Shown: positions 1 through 12,726, counted from the stretch's first letter. The stretch is 64,000 bases of DNA from Adineta vaga (GCA_021613535.1 CP075495.1:682001-746000); one strand, 5' to 3'. The notes: a model not told the origin generated them from the sequence alone. Made by a program: numbers and translations.

Positions 1-396
1 TTTATTGACACAAAATCGTTGCATGATGTTGTTTTTTCGTTTGAAATTGTCCTTTGTTATGAATAAGAAGGAGAAATGACGTAATGACGAATGAAAACCA
101 ACGCTTTTAATACACGTCTCGCTCACAACAGTTCCGAGAATGCGATGAAGCTCATACGCTCTTTCATTATTTTTATGTTAGGAAATTGGGTGTAGCTGAG
201 GTTGAGGGTGAACAAACGATAACTACACCCACACCCTCATCACTCTAGTTGTATACAACTCTTGGTATTTATCTAATGAAATAAAAATCAATTGTATTTT
301 CATATTCTTTTCAAATTCAACTTCAAATTAGATTTCTTTAGTGACTATCTGCTATTTAAAACACTCCGGAATGTGTCAACAATTTTTATTAGTAAT

Positions 397-708
397 TTAA
401 TTAGATTTAATATCGAGTCCACATGTATTACAACAAGGTGGTTTTCCACAACACATGAGACACATTGGAGGTCGAGTTACACGAACGACCGGAGTGGAGA
501 CAGTTGATGTGATTACCATTGGTTCGGTAGTTAGGTTAATTAAGTCAGTTAGATTGAAGTTAAAACCACATTTTGGTAAACCACAACAGTTACAACATGG
601 AGGTGGGCCACAACAAGTTGCACAACGTTTGTCACGATTGAGTTCACTGGAATAAACACAACCGAGAACGAATATTAAGAGGAAAGCAGCTAAAGGATAA
701 CTACGCAT
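397..708 (-). CDS. Small secreted Cys-rich precursor: signal peptide, KR cleavage site, two CxxCCGxPPCCNxCGL modules separated by a Thr/Pro linker
   Basis: ATG at 708 (MRSYPLAAFLLIFVLGCVYS). RDKR precedes CATCCGPPPCCNCCGL; the second module is CLMCCGKPPCCNTCGL. Confidence 0.8.
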   Translation of the reverse strand: MRSYPLAAFLLIFVLGCVYSSELNRDKRCATCCGPPPCCNCCGLPKCGFNFNLTDLINLTTEPMVITSTVSTPVVRVTRPPMCLMCCGKPPCCNTCGLDIKSN

Positions 709-933
709 ATTGATTGAAACACTAACAAAGTGCAAATAGTCAAATATTTTCACTGATTTTTATAATCATGGTATTATTAAAGACATCTGTATTGTTTCAC
801 ATATATAGTTTGGTATATTGCTACCAGTAGGCGTAAATAAATACGTACCTTGTATCATTCGTTTTCTTTTGAAAATTTTAAAGCTTATACCGGTACAAAT
901 GCATACGTTTGGTAGAAGAATCTATTAAACATT

Positions 934-1300
934 TTATTCACTCACTGGCGATGAAAATCTATTTAAGAACAGTATCTGATATGATAACAAATCAATCGTT
1001 GATACAAAAAAATTGTAGACAAGACTGATTTTCCTCTCGATAGAATGCATCTTGTGAATTACACAGTTTATAGCGAAAATATTATCGAATGATAATGATT
1101 TTACATGTGACAGTGCAATTCCATAATCATGTGGTTCAACACAGAAATTTTTTGATTGCAATCATATTTGTATCTGTCACTCTCGATGTGGTAATATTCT
1201 TCTTTATTATCCATTGTCACTGATGAATGAAAGTGTTTGTCCGCCATAACCAAATGGTAAGTAAAGAGTGTGTAATTATTTTCCATCCAGACAACACACG
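934..1300 (-). pseudogene. Degraded ORF remnant, possibly 2OG-Fe(II) oxygenase-like
   Basis: Fragments in different frames (LYLPFGYGGQTL; CVIH...RKISLVYNF) loosely resemble the LP.Y.GG.L and H...R.SLVYN motifs. Many stops. Confidence 0.2.
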
Positions 1301-1789
1301 AATGATTCTATGATTGAATGAAAATCAAAAGGAGATTCTTATTGAAAATATCGATTGTCAAAGTTTGCTCATGGATATTTACGGATTTCTTAATGTTTCT
1401 GATCGGGAAAAGCAAAAAGTCCGTACTCCGGTATACTTTCATTAATTTGTCACTTGATTTAGAAAGTAATCTTTACGTTAGTAATTGGTGAAATGATGAA
1501 ACCTTAGATTCTCCTGAGTGAATAATATCACATATTTTGTTAACCATCTGGTTATGATTCTATCATTTTTGCATCCATTCTCCTATCAGAATCTCACCTT
1601 GTTTTTTTTTGATAATTGTTTATAGTGTCAATGAAGTCTTCTCCAACTTCATAGAATAGATCGGAAATTTTCAACGAATTCTTCTTCACAATTGGATGTT
1701 CATTATAAGTTTTACTGTGTTTGTATGAGATGTTTATCTACTTATTATCCATTATATCTTTCAATAACTAAACATAAACAATGAAAAAG

Positions 1790-1945
1790 AAATCCTTTTG
1801 AATTTGTTGAAAAATGACTAAATATATTTCAATTGATGTCCAAGCAACAATGACATATGTAACTGAAACAAATCCAGAAAAATCAATATAAATTCATCAT
1901 AAAAGACAAAATATATGTGATGCTGATAATATTCTTTCACTCTGA
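1790..1945 (-). pseudogene. GPCR TM3 fragment
   Basis: Minus-strand translation HIFCLL**IYIDFSGFVSVTYVIVAWTSIEIYLVIF resembles the C...W.SIERH.FIFH segment of the GPCR at 11779. Confidence 0.5.
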
Positions 1946-1996
1946 TAAAAATCAATTAATCAAATAATTAACGTTTGTCGGGAGCGACTTGCTTTG

Positions 1997-2704
1997 CCCT
2001 CGACTAAATTTTTTAAAAATAAACGTCATATAATGAAGTATTCTTTTAAAACGTTTCTTATATTGAGAAACTGAAGATAATATTCGGTTACAAAATAATG
2101 TTAGTTTTCAATTAACAATAAGAACTCCACGAGACGAAGATAAATTTGATGATGATGATGAATGTAAAGTCCCTTTACTTGTGGCTACAAATATTTAGAG
2201 AATTAAGCAACTCTTGTGGAAGCAGCGACTTACTTAGTCCTTCACAGATTTTCTTTTCAATTCACGCTTTTCATAAGGACTTTCCAAAAAATGTATCGAA
2301 CCATTCATCTTTCAGTTGGAAACTAGCTTTCATTTACTAGAGGTTATGGGAGGAAACTCGTACTGATCCTCATCTATAGACTAGGGTGTGGGATGCTAGA
2401 TGAGGGTGAAGGGGAGGGTGTGGAAGAATTCTCGTGTTCCCAGCTTTCATGCTGAACATTTCTGATCATCAATACATCTATAATTCTCGTTTTCGATATT
2501 TTTTCTTTCGACGTTATTAGGGAGAATTCTAAGGTTCTTCGCCTAGCATTTTAAAACGTTGTTCAGTCAACCTTTACCTATTTCAAACGATGTTTTATTG
2601 AATTCTGAACATTTTCGAAAAAATTCTTTTTTGACCTTTGACCCTGATACAGACAAACATACAAACTATTTTTTTCATAAGACCCTCCTTTCAGTCGAGG
2701 GAAT
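1997..2704 (+). mobile_element. Non-autonomous Helentron/DINE-like element, copy 1
   Basis: 5' CCCTCGACT is inverted relative to 3' AGTCGAGGG. The 3' end (TTGACCTTTGACCCTGA..CAGACAAAC..GACCCTCCTTTCAGTCGAGGGAAT hairpin) is shared with 62662-62740. Confidence 0.55.
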
Positions 2705-2777
2705 GAATTTACAATTGAACGAGTTTGTCGCTTATTAAGCAAGAATCTACAAAAATTATAAAGTGATCAGAAATATA

Positions 2778-3090
2778 ATGAATTATTTCTTATATCTTGT
2801 CTTAGCAATTGGTGTTGTTGGTTATACTAGTGGACTGAATTGGAATCAAAGGTGGGAATATGAATTTCTGAAGCATTTCGGATTTAATTTGAGAAATGAA
2901 CGAAGTGGAAAATGTCTCGATGTTCCTGATAATGAAGTGTTTCAAAATGGAGCTAGAATTCAACAATGGGACTGTTTACGTAGTAAAAATTAGCATTGGC
3001 AATGGGTTAAAGGCCAATATAGAAACAGAAAAAGCGGGAAATGTCTTGATCTACCAGCTGATGAAAGTTCAACAATGGGATTATGTATGA
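2778..3090 (+). pseudogene. Secreted ricin-B (QxW) lectin, disrupted
   Basis: Signal peptide, then LRNERSGKCLDV...IQQWDC..KN*HW and YRNRKSGKCLDL. In-frame TAG at 2991 where Gln is expected; the second VQQWD lies in another frame. Confidence 0.8.
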
Positions 3091-3661
3091 TCTACTCGAT
3101 TTTGTTGATCCATCGTTTTTCCCTTCTTCGTTTACACATCCGCCCTCGATGATTGCCTGCTCAGTATCACGATGAAGTATATTATTGAACATATATTTAT
3201 ATTTAAAATTCTAATTGCACATTTTCCTTCTTATATTCTATTCATCGATTTCATTCGTTACCAAGACTAAAGGAACATCGCAACTATTTAGTCATCGATT
3301 ATCGTCTTATGTAAATCCTGAAGCAGATTGTAAAAGAGTAGGTGTATTTAATTCACTTTTTATCAGTACATTTTATAATCAACCAGAACGTATAACATCT
3401 ATGAGAAAAACATCACAAAAATTGTTTTCATATTTGTAGTCAAGGAGAAAAAACAAGAAGAGATAATTTTAAAGCACAGTCACTACAAAGTTTTAATGTT
3501 CTGACTCATATTGTATCACGTCAATGTGACGTTGATAAACAGTAACGTTATTTCACAACATCAACAACAGAGAAATATCTTATCTTTATTATAGTAGGCG
3601 ATATATAAATATCTATATTCTCTTTCATTGAGAGAACAAAAAAAGTATTTTATATTGAAAA

Positions 3662-4579
3662 ATGTGGTCTCAATTTCTTTTTATTCTATTTATTGCTGTT
3701 CTTCATCAAAATGTCCTTGGTACAACACTTATTGGTTGTCATCATTGTCCTAGTTTAAAGGTATATCATTATATTGTAACAAATGAAACAATTCCAAATA
3801 ATTTTCTCGAACAATGTAGTTATCGAATGAGTCAACGAAGTTGTTCAATCGAAGTTATTATCGATTTTGATACAAAAATCACAACAATAAATGTCACTTC
3901 ATCTACCGAATACATGGAAACATCTATTAATACGATAATTAATATCAAAGATGAATTAAAACATATCAGACATATTTCATTTTGGTGTTCAAATCCAAAA
4001 GGAGGTTGTAATGATGTTTATTATTTAGAAAATGTTTTCAAATCAATATCAATTAAAGATTCATCGAAAGAACTTGAATCACTTCTTATTCCAACGAATC
4101 AAACGATATTCAATAATAATTCATGTGTAACATTTTCTAATCAAACAACATCAATAGAATGTTCAACCGAATGGTTAGAAGATAGTAAAGCATGTTTTAT
4201 ATCGAGTATGACAAATGTTGAATTATCATCGAAAATATGTGCAAATTATTCTTCAATGAATAATTATTATTTAACACAGGCAATGACATTCTTTATTAAT
4301 AATTATTCAATTTCACAAACAAATCATCGATCTCTTCTATGTGCTGTAAATGAATGTAATTCAATGGAGAATTTAGAACGAATTGATCAATTGATAAATG
4401 TTGATTTTGATGCATCGAAGTTTTTTAATTCAACAACAACAACAACAACAACAACGATTGTATCATCAACAGTACCGACAGGAAGTAGTTCCACTCTTTG
4501 GTTAAACAAATCGATTAATTATTGTAATCTATTCCTTTTTCTTCTGATGTCATTTATTTATATTGTTATGCTTTCGTAA
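3662..4579 (+). CDS. Secreted, likely GPI-anchored Cys-rich surface protein (two Ly6/uPAR-like halves ending in CN, Thr stalk, hydrophobic tail)
   Basis: 305-aa single-exon ORF with signal peptide, CHHC...GGCN and ...CAVNECN, poly-Thr and a C-terminal hydrophobic segment. Confidence 0.75.
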   Translation: MWSQFLFILFIAVLHQNVLGTTLIGCHHCPSLKVYHYIVTNETIPNNFLEQCSYRMSQRSCSIEVIIDFDTKITTINVTSSTEYMETSINTIINIKDELKHIRHISFWCSNPKGGCNDVYYLENVFKSISIKDSSKELESLLIPTNQTIFNNNSCVTFSNQTTSIECSTEWLEDSKACFISSMTNVELSSKICANYSSMNNYYLTQAMTFFINNYSISQTNHRSLLCAVNECNSMENLERIDQLINVDFDASKFFNSTTTTTTTTIVSSTVPTGSSSTLWLNKSINYCNLFLFLLMSFIYIVMLS

Positions 4580-4685
4580 AAGATATACTATGATGTATAT
4601 CTATTAACATAGAAAAATAATTTCGCACTTTTTGAAGATCAAACAAAATAGAATTATTCAATATGCATATCGAAAAAGTTAAAAT

Positions 4686-5636
4686 TTAGTTACGTTTGTT
4701 AATGGCAAATACAACAGCCGTTGGATAATGACGACGATGAAAAGTTTTTGTCCATAAAATTCGAAGATGAGGAGATATAAATATTAGAATAATTGTAATC
4801 ATATTTATGATTACACTAAAGATAAGCCATTGAAATTGTGATAACCACCATGGTAAATAATTTGAACACCAATATATGCTATATCCTATTGTTATTGGTA
4901 TAGGAATAGTCATTAATAAACCAACAAGTATACAAATTCGATAAAGTACAATTAAATCACGTCGTACATTTATTTGTTGAATATTTGTCATTGTAAGAAT
5001 TAAATTATGATTTCTTCCTCGAATTTTTCTTAATGTATAATAATAACATCCAATACTTCCATAAACAGGAAATGCATAAGTTAAAATACCATTAATACAA
5101 GTTTTTATTAAACTTGTATAATCAATTTGACAAAGATAATCATTATTTGAATATTTAAAAAAATCAAATAAAAGACCAGGAATCATAATAAGAAGACAAA
5201 TAATCCATTGAATAACAATTAATATTTGATAAAGTCGTATCGATTGAAGTGATTTTTTCGTATGAAAAACAACTCGACATAAACGATGAAATGATTGAAG
5301 AGTAATTGAACAATAGATTAAACAACTAGATGACCACAAAAAATAAGCACGAAGTTGACAAAAAATTCCATCATTTAATGAATTTAGTGAATAAAGATGT
5401 CCTGATAAAACATGAATATATTCTTTTAGAAGTAATATACAAGAGAAAAGGATAGAAAAATATACGTTTGCTGTTAGTAGAAGTGCGATTTGATTAGGAG
5501 ATTTTTTAATTTTAATCAAATGATAAACTATAAATCCAAAGACGACAAGTGAAATACAAATACTAATTGAAGTTAATGAAATAATTGAACAATCAATAAT
5601 AATATTTTCTATTCGATGTGTTATAGATGAATTCAT
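4686..5636 (-). CDS. Single-exon rhodopsin-like 7TM GPCR
   Basis: 316 aa with seven hydrophobic helices, FCQLRAY at the TM3 start, QSFHRL (DRY-equivalent) and an ECL2 Cys. Confidence 0.9.
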   Translation of the reverse strand: MNSSITHRIENIIIDCSIISLTSISICISLVVFGFIVYHLIKIKKSPNQIALLLTANVYFSILFSCILLLKEYIHVLSGHLYSLNSLNDGIFCQLRAYFLWSSSCLIYCSITLQSFHRLCRVVFHTKKSLQSIRLYQILIVIQWIICLLIMIPGLLFDFFKYSNNDYLCQIDYTSLIKTCINGILTYAFPVYGSIGCYYYTLRKIRGRNHNLILTMTNIQQINVRRDLIVLYRICILVGLLMTIPIPITIGYSIYWCSNYLPWWLSQFQWLIFSVIINMITIILIFISPHLRILWTKTFHRRHYPTAVVFAINKRN

Positions 5637-6703
5637 TTTGTATTAACAAAGAAAATGAACTTTAAATTTATATTTTTCAAAAAGAATTAATTATCATCCT
5701 ATTTTTATAAAATCTATTATATTTGAAGGCTATATTTAAGTAGATTTAATGTAATAGAATGTTTTTTTCAATTTTATAAGTATCTTACACAAAATGAAGG
5801 AAAAATTCTACGTCGACTATTTTCTATTGGACGTATGGTCATACTTTAATACGCACATACTCACATTCTTGAGAAAAAAAGGATGGAAGTTTATACGACT
5901 GGAAATCGGTTCATCGAAAAAAATAATTTAAAAAATACATAAAACGACGCAGAATGAGACAGCGAATCTTTCTATAACAAAATAAAGTCATTGCAGAAAT
6001 CAATAAAAGATTTCCGATAGACAATACTACTTCGTATTTTCACCGAATTTTTTCCTTGTAATGAGGCTGTATTTTGAACAAACCCGTAACAAAAATGATC
6101 TCATGTTACCTATCAAATAGCTTCATTAGAAAGAGCAAGCAATTCTACACAAACTCATACATGAACCATCCTGGAAAAGGGTGTGAGTATGTAGCATAAG
6201 GTAATATACCGACATCCACACCCACCCTCATGATAATGAAACGCATGAACACTACCGAATATCAAACTTTCATCATTCATATTCTCTCTTACACATTTTA
6301 AGAATTTGTTTATGTATAGATGCTAACTAAACTAAATGTTGTTGGATGAATGAAGGATAGTATACATTTGATTAGATTTCTACCCACCCTCAAAATTGAT
6401 CAATGTACTCGTTATTTTTTCTTTCTCTTTCGTCTGTCAACTCCTTTCAGTTTTTTTCCCAGTTGGGAAAGAAATTCACATTGTGACTCATAAGGATTGA
6501 CTCATTGGGCATTTAACTGAGAAAAAACACAGCTACTTACAAATAAAGATTGTAAGACTTTTTCTATATGTTGTATATTAGTTTTTCGTCTGGACGAAGT
6601 AAGTATAGCATTTATTTCATCTTTAACACTTGCATATTTAAACTAGGAAGAAGTATTTTTATAGATATTTTCATAATAATCTTTTCAAAAATTGAAAATC
6701 AAA

Positions 6704-8813
6704 ATGAAAGAGAAAGTACAAGAGAGTGAAATACGCAAAATTATTGAGAAACCTGATTTAACAAAACCGTTAGCAATATCATGTGTATCTCTTCGATGCA
6801 TTAACGAAAACGATCGTGTCATAGCGGCCGATCATAATGGATTACTGATGGAAAACTCCACCAAACCAATCGAAGAGAATGCTCAGTGGATAATCGTATA
6901 TTATGATCCATTATGGATTCTGATTAATCACGCTACTTCAATGTGTCTTATTTTCGATACAAAGAATAAACATATTAGTAAGCCATTGAAAGTGAATGAT
7001 GGTCATCGTCACTTGTTACTTCGAATATCTTCCAAAACTACTAAAGATAATCAAATTGCTTTTGAATTATTTGACGAAAATAATCCTCAAAACAATGCTT
7101 CTATTATCTTTTTCGTTTTCGAAGGTTTTCAACGAACATTTCCTATTATTGATCATGATTCAATCAGCAATTTAACAGCTAGTCCCAAGATTAATACTAT
7201 TGCTAACATAGTAAACAATTTGTATGATTATATTGTCATTGGTTCTTCGTTTTGTGCTGCGGCGTTTATTAAACAAACGAAGAAAAACAATCCGAAAGCA
7301 AAAATACTTGTCTTGGAGAGAGGTTTGAAATACTTACCGAAACATCATCAACATTGTCCTTCATGTTCGTCTCCTCCACGTGATGTCGAATCTCGACCCT
7401 GGACTATTTGTAGTGAAACTACACAGAATGAATTCATCAAGAATCTTCATGGTCAAATACCATTTCAAGGAGGAAGATCGACCTATTGGAGTGGTTGGAG
7501 TCCAACACCGTCAACAAAAGAACTTACTGGATGGCCAGAAAAACTCAAGAGTCAATTGCAAGAGACATATTTTCATCTGGCACGTCGATTTCTTGGTGTT
7601 ATTACGGCAAATGAAATCCATGCACTGGACAATGAGAATAATTTGATCTATCATACATTTCAAGCTTCTCTCAAGCAGCGTTTCGATAGTGCTGCAAACA
7701 TCGAATCAATTGATGAAGTTATGCATGCTCCTCTGGCTATGGGCAACAATCAGTGAGTTTAGATTTGAAATTTTCTGTAAATTTTCATAAATCTATGTTT
7801 ATTTTCTTAGATTGATCAAATTTTCCACTGTGGATACATTAGAATCTATGGAAAATGTGACTATCATTCATGATTGTACAGTAGAGCAAATCTTGCATAA
7901 TGAACAAAGAGCAACAGCACTACAAACAAATCAAGGAATTATCTTACTTCCCACTGACAGTAAGCTGATCTTAGCAATGAGTACATTGCCTGCGACGACA
8001 CTCGTACTTAATTCTTTTAAAACGGCTGAATTTCCTCGACTTTCAAATGTTGGAAAGCGATTTACAGCTCATTTTGTCAGTTCAGTAATAGCGCGCGTAC
8101 CTCGTCCTCACCCACCATCAACAGTCAATGCGTCAGAAGTCGAATTGGCAGCAGTTTACATTACAGGTATGAAAGGTGATGCACAATATCATCTTCAATT
8201 ATCTGGAGTAAATTACACACAACATACAAATGATAGCTATATTCATGAGATTTGCAAGAAATATTCAGCGAATTCGATACCTAAAGAGTGTATCGATACA
8301 TCGAAGGACTATGTTGTAGTATCATGTTCAACATTAGGAGAACTGGACTATAAGAATCGAAATAACCAGTTTAATTTGATTGATAATTCTCAATCCCTTA
8401 CTACTAACGGAGAATTAAAGCTTCACTTGAATGAACAGGACAAAGAATTATGGAACTGTATGGATAATAAAACATTTGAAGTTATGAACAAACTTTCATC
8501 CGATTCAAACAATAATGATCTTCAATATTGGCATGAAACGGACAAAACTTGGAGAACAGATATTCCTCTATCAGATGAAATACGTAAACCCTGGATTGTT
8601 CATGATGCTTCAACAATGTGGATTGGTGATGATGAAGATATTGAAGCACCAGTAGGACTTGATTATCGTCTCCATGGTATAAATAATGTTTATATCACTG
8701 GGGGCGCATTATGGCCTACTGGTGGATCATGGAATCCTGTTTTGACTATTGTAGCTATGGCAATACACTTAGCTGATACTATTTACGACGAATCTAAACG
8801 TATAGTATGCTAA
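6704..8813 (+). CDS. GMC-family FAD oxidoreductase with an N-terminal beta-trefoil-like extension; exons 6704-7752 and 7811-8813
   Basis: YDYIVIGSS Rossmann motif, LVLERG, GGRSTYWSG, HDASTMWIG, NNVYITGGALWPTGGSWNPVLTIVAMA. A 58-nt GT-AG intron (7753-7810) joins the two ORFs in frame. Confidence 0.9.
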
Positions 8814-9746
8814 CAGTAAAACTTTTTAATCATAATGTATATCTATTTTTATTCCGACAATGAATTTTTTATGAATCTTTTTTTATATCAGATCTGACAA
8901 CATTTTCATACTATGTATATTTTCTATTTAATTATTAATAAAATTATTTGTAATTCATAAAATCTTTCACTAAAAATAAAGAGAATATTTTAGAAGAAAG
9001 TAAATCAAAAGTATGTTTGATAACTTGGATTTCGTCTAAATGTTGTTCGATATACTTCGAAACCTTGATCAACAATTGTTAGACAAGAACGTCTTTGTTC
9101 AGTTTGAATTGAAAGAACACTAATGATATTTATGTGCTCTTTTTCTCCTTATTTTATATAAATTCTTATAGTGAAAGTTATTTGTTGGGTTTTTTCACAA
9201 AGTCATAAAAATCTATTTTATACGAATTATATTGAACTTTTTCAGATCAATTCTTATAGTTTCACCTTTTCACTTGCCATTACCCCCAACGCATCACACG
9301 ATCATTTCTACAATCTATTATACAAATTTGACCATAATGGTCGATTTTTAACTTACTTGACTGTTCAGTTTAAATAAAACTAAAACTAAAAGTATAACTT
9401 AGAATCTTAGATATTTGTGTTATAAATACATGCTCATCCTTGGAAAAGCTGTCATATGTTCTTTGTTTTTAGTACATTAATAATGTTGCATTATCGTCAG
9501 CCTGACAAACCGTTGTGTTTCTTGAAAATGAGTTACGTTTACAATCTATAGTGTTTATCTCTGCATTAGTAAATAAAAGGCGGAAAACGGTTGTTAATTC
9601 ATTAAAATAATACAATATCGGTTTTCTCTCATCTTTTTCATCACTATTATAATCATGTAAAACAGTTGGAAAATTGTAAAACAATTATTATTTTATTCTG
9701 TTAACACAAAAAGAGACACAGCTTCATAAATCATAAAGCGAGAGTA

Positions 9747-10447
9747 ATGTCGACTTTAGAAGATGATTCTTCTTCACAATGGCGAATGGTTGTATTTGGA
9801 ATATTATTAACTGGTGAAATATTATCTATTCCTTCTTATTTATTTTTATTTTATCATTTTATTCGGGAGCATCGAACAACACGTCAACGTATTTTATTTC
9901 ATTACATTCCACTTGGATTCGTTTCAGTTTGTGCACCAATTCTTTATTTCTATTTGATTGTTTTATGTCCCTGTAAACCTATCTATGATCGATACTTATT
10001 TCTTTGTGGTGTTATTTGTTATGATTTTCATGGATGGTTCGGTTGGTTTGAGCCAATCGTGAATTATGTTTTGCCCGTTCTAATGATTGCGATATTTAGT
10101 TGTGGTTTATTTATTCGTGTTCTCACACAAGAAATGTCGTTTACAACAAGCAATTGATTGGCGTCGTCAACGTAAAATGATTATTCAATTAATATTAATT
10201 TCAAACATTTATCTTGCTTTCTATCTGCCATTTGTTATTGGTTATATTATATCATGGTTTGGTGTTAGTTCTTTTTATAACAGTAGTTTTGCAAAGTACT
10301 CTGTGGTAGTTGTATACTTTCCTGGAATTCTAATACCTTATGGAAATCTATTTGCTTTGCCTCAATTGAAACAGAAGTTTCGTGCAATAATGTTTTGGAG
10401 ACGGCAAACACAGACAGCTGTCCGTTCCGTTTACAAGACACATTTGA
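9747..10447 (+). pseudogene. Defective duplicate of the GPCR at 11779
   Basis: Near-identical N- and C-terminal parts, a net 81-codon deletion removing TM2-TM3, and frameshifts near 10131 and 10421. Upstream DNA is also duplicated (about 9570-9746 vs 11600-11778). Confidence 0.9.
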
Positions 10448-10859
10448 AATCGAATCATATTTACTGACAACAATTTTATTTACTAAAATGAATGAGGTGT
10501 GAGGGTAGATGTGCTCCCTTACACTTCAGTGCACTACTATCCACACCGATACCACTCTTGACGATATTTATGCATTGACATTTTGGAAAAATAACCAATA
10601 TTTCAAACTAATTTCAATACAACTTCGTTAGATTCTTCAGGATGTCTATTTTCCTTTTGATCTTCGGATGTTATTCGAGTGTGAATTTATCTCTTTCTTG
10701 AAAAAGAGTTGAGTTTATAATCTAAGCTTTTTTACATATCAATAATTTGTAGCCAAAAAAGTGTTATTAATTCGTCAAAGTCATACAATGTCGCTTTTCT
10801 TTCTTCCTTTCTTCTAAATATATTTTAAACTATAATCGAAATATTAAAAAAAAAGTCAT

Positions 10860-11055
10860 ATTTAATTATCGTTACATCATGGTTTAGAATTGCACGTTTT
10901 GGTGAAATTGGCTTACATTCCCGCCATTGTTTTATCTGAATTAAAACAAAAGCTTCGTGCATTCATATTTTCGAAGAGAGAAACACGAGGAACTGTCATT
11001 CCGTTTACAAAATAGACTTGAAATTGAGTTATATTTATTCAATAATTTCACTTAT
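10860..11055 (+). pseudogene. Third, more decayed 3' remnant of the same GPCR family
   Basis: LSELKQKLRAFIFSKRETRGTVIPFTK matches LPQLKQKFRAIMFWKRQTQAAVVPFTR, with 3'UTR similarity. Confidence 0.7.
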
Positions 11056-11778
11056 TTAACACTTCAGAAGAAACTAATTGCTTAGCTATATAAGTCTTAA
11101 TCTTGAGAATTGTTTTCATTTTGAAAAGTTAGGTTTTAATAAATGACGAAGAAAAAGATTTCTCACATATTATCTCTTAAGAGACATTACCATCTGTGTA
11201 TTGTAAAAAATTTAATGAAAGAAAGCTTCTTGCGAAACTTCATGTATATAGTACCGATAACCGATGACGACATTTTAATAGTTGTTGTCGTGGATTTCGT
11301 AATAGCTTCTTCGATTATCTATGAAAAAGTCATTTGATATAACTAGATCTATAGTTACCATAAATATATTGAGAATATAATATGAAGATGTGCATGTTAA
11401 TGATGAAATATTTGGAAATGAACGTATTCAACTAGTTTTAATTTAAAACAAGTATTTCTCTTCTGTTTTATTTAAAATGCAATCAATGATCGACTATGTT
11501 GAAATATTTCACCGATCTTTTTAAGCTGACTAAAAATAATCATTTAAGTGGAAATTTTTATCTGTTCTTTGAAAACGTGTTCTATTTAATCTACGCATTA
11601 ATAAATCAAAGGCGGAAAACGGTTGTTAATTCATTAAAATAATACAATATCGGTTTTCTCTCATCCTTTTCATCAGTATTATAATCATATAAAACAGTTG
11701 GAAACTTGTTAAGCTATTATTATTTTATTCCGCTAACACAAAAAGAGACGCAGCTTCGTAAAGTATAAAGCAAGAGTG

Positions 11779-12726
11779 ATGTCGACTTTAGAAGATGATT
11801 CTTCTTCACAATGGCGAATGGTTATATTTGGAATATTATTAACTGGTGAAATATTATCTATTCCTTGTTATTTATTTCTCCTTTATCATTTTATTCGAGA
11901 GAAAGCTTTACGAAAAAATCTTCAAAATCATTCCATTCTTCTTTTATTGATTTACAATTTTATTCAAGTGACAATTGATTTATCAATGTACTTGAATTTT
12001 TTTCGACATGGATATTATACTTTATTCTATATACCTCTTTGTTATCTACAAGCGTACGTTGCTTATGGAATTTTTTCTGGCGCCCTTCATATTACGTGTT
12101 GGATTTCCATTGAACGACATCTCTTCATCTTTCATTCTAATCTTCTTCGAACAACACGTCGCCGTATTTTATTTCATTACATTCCACTTGGATTCGTTTC
12201 ACTTTATGCACCAGTTCTTTATTTCTATTGGATTATTCTTTATCCTTGTGAACGTATTTATGATCGATATTCATTTGCTTGTGGTGTTGTTTGTTACTAT
12301 TATTCAACTCCTGAATGGTTTTCTCAGTTTGAATTAATCGTGAATTATGTTTTGTCCGTTCTAATGATTGCGATATTTAGTTGTGGTTTATTTATTCGTG
12401 TTCTCATACAAAAACGTCGTTTACAACAAGCAATAGATTGGCGTCGTCAACGTAAAATGATTATTCAATTAATATTAATTTCAAACATTTATCTTGCTTT
12501 CTATCTGCCATTTGTTATTGGTTATATTATATCATGGTTTGGTGTTAGTTCTTTTTATAACAGTAGTTTTGCAAAGTACTCTGTGGTAGCTGCATACTTT
12601 CCTGGAGCTCTAATACCTTATGCAAATCTATCTGCTTTGCCTCAATTGAAACAGAAGTTTCGTGCAATAATGTTTTGGAAACGGCAAACACAGGCAGCTG
12701 TCGTTCCGTTTACAAGACACATTTGA
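11779..12726 (+). CDS. Single-exon rhodopsin-like 7TM GPCR
   Basis: 315 aa, seven TM segments, WISIERH motif. Confidence 0.9.
   Translation: MSTLEDDSSSQWRMVIFGILLTGEILSIPCYLFLLYHFIREKALRKNLQNHSILLLLIYNFIQVTIDLSMYLNFFRHGYYTLFYIPLCYLQAYVAYGIFSGALHITCWISIERHLFIFHSNLLRTTRRRILFHYIPLGFVSLYAPVLYFYWIILYPCERIYDRYSFACGVVCYYYSTPEWFSQFELIVNYVLSVLMIAIFSCGLFIRVLIQKRRLQQAIDWRRQRKMIIQLILISNIYLAFYLPFVIGYIISWFGVSSFYNSSFAKYSVVAAYFPGALIPYANLSALPQLKQKFRAIMFWKRQTQAAVVPFTRHI

Noticed and set aside
2991-2993. TAG readthrough or alternative genetic code
   Set aside because: A second lesion (frameshift) follows, and other genes use standard stops with no internal TAG.
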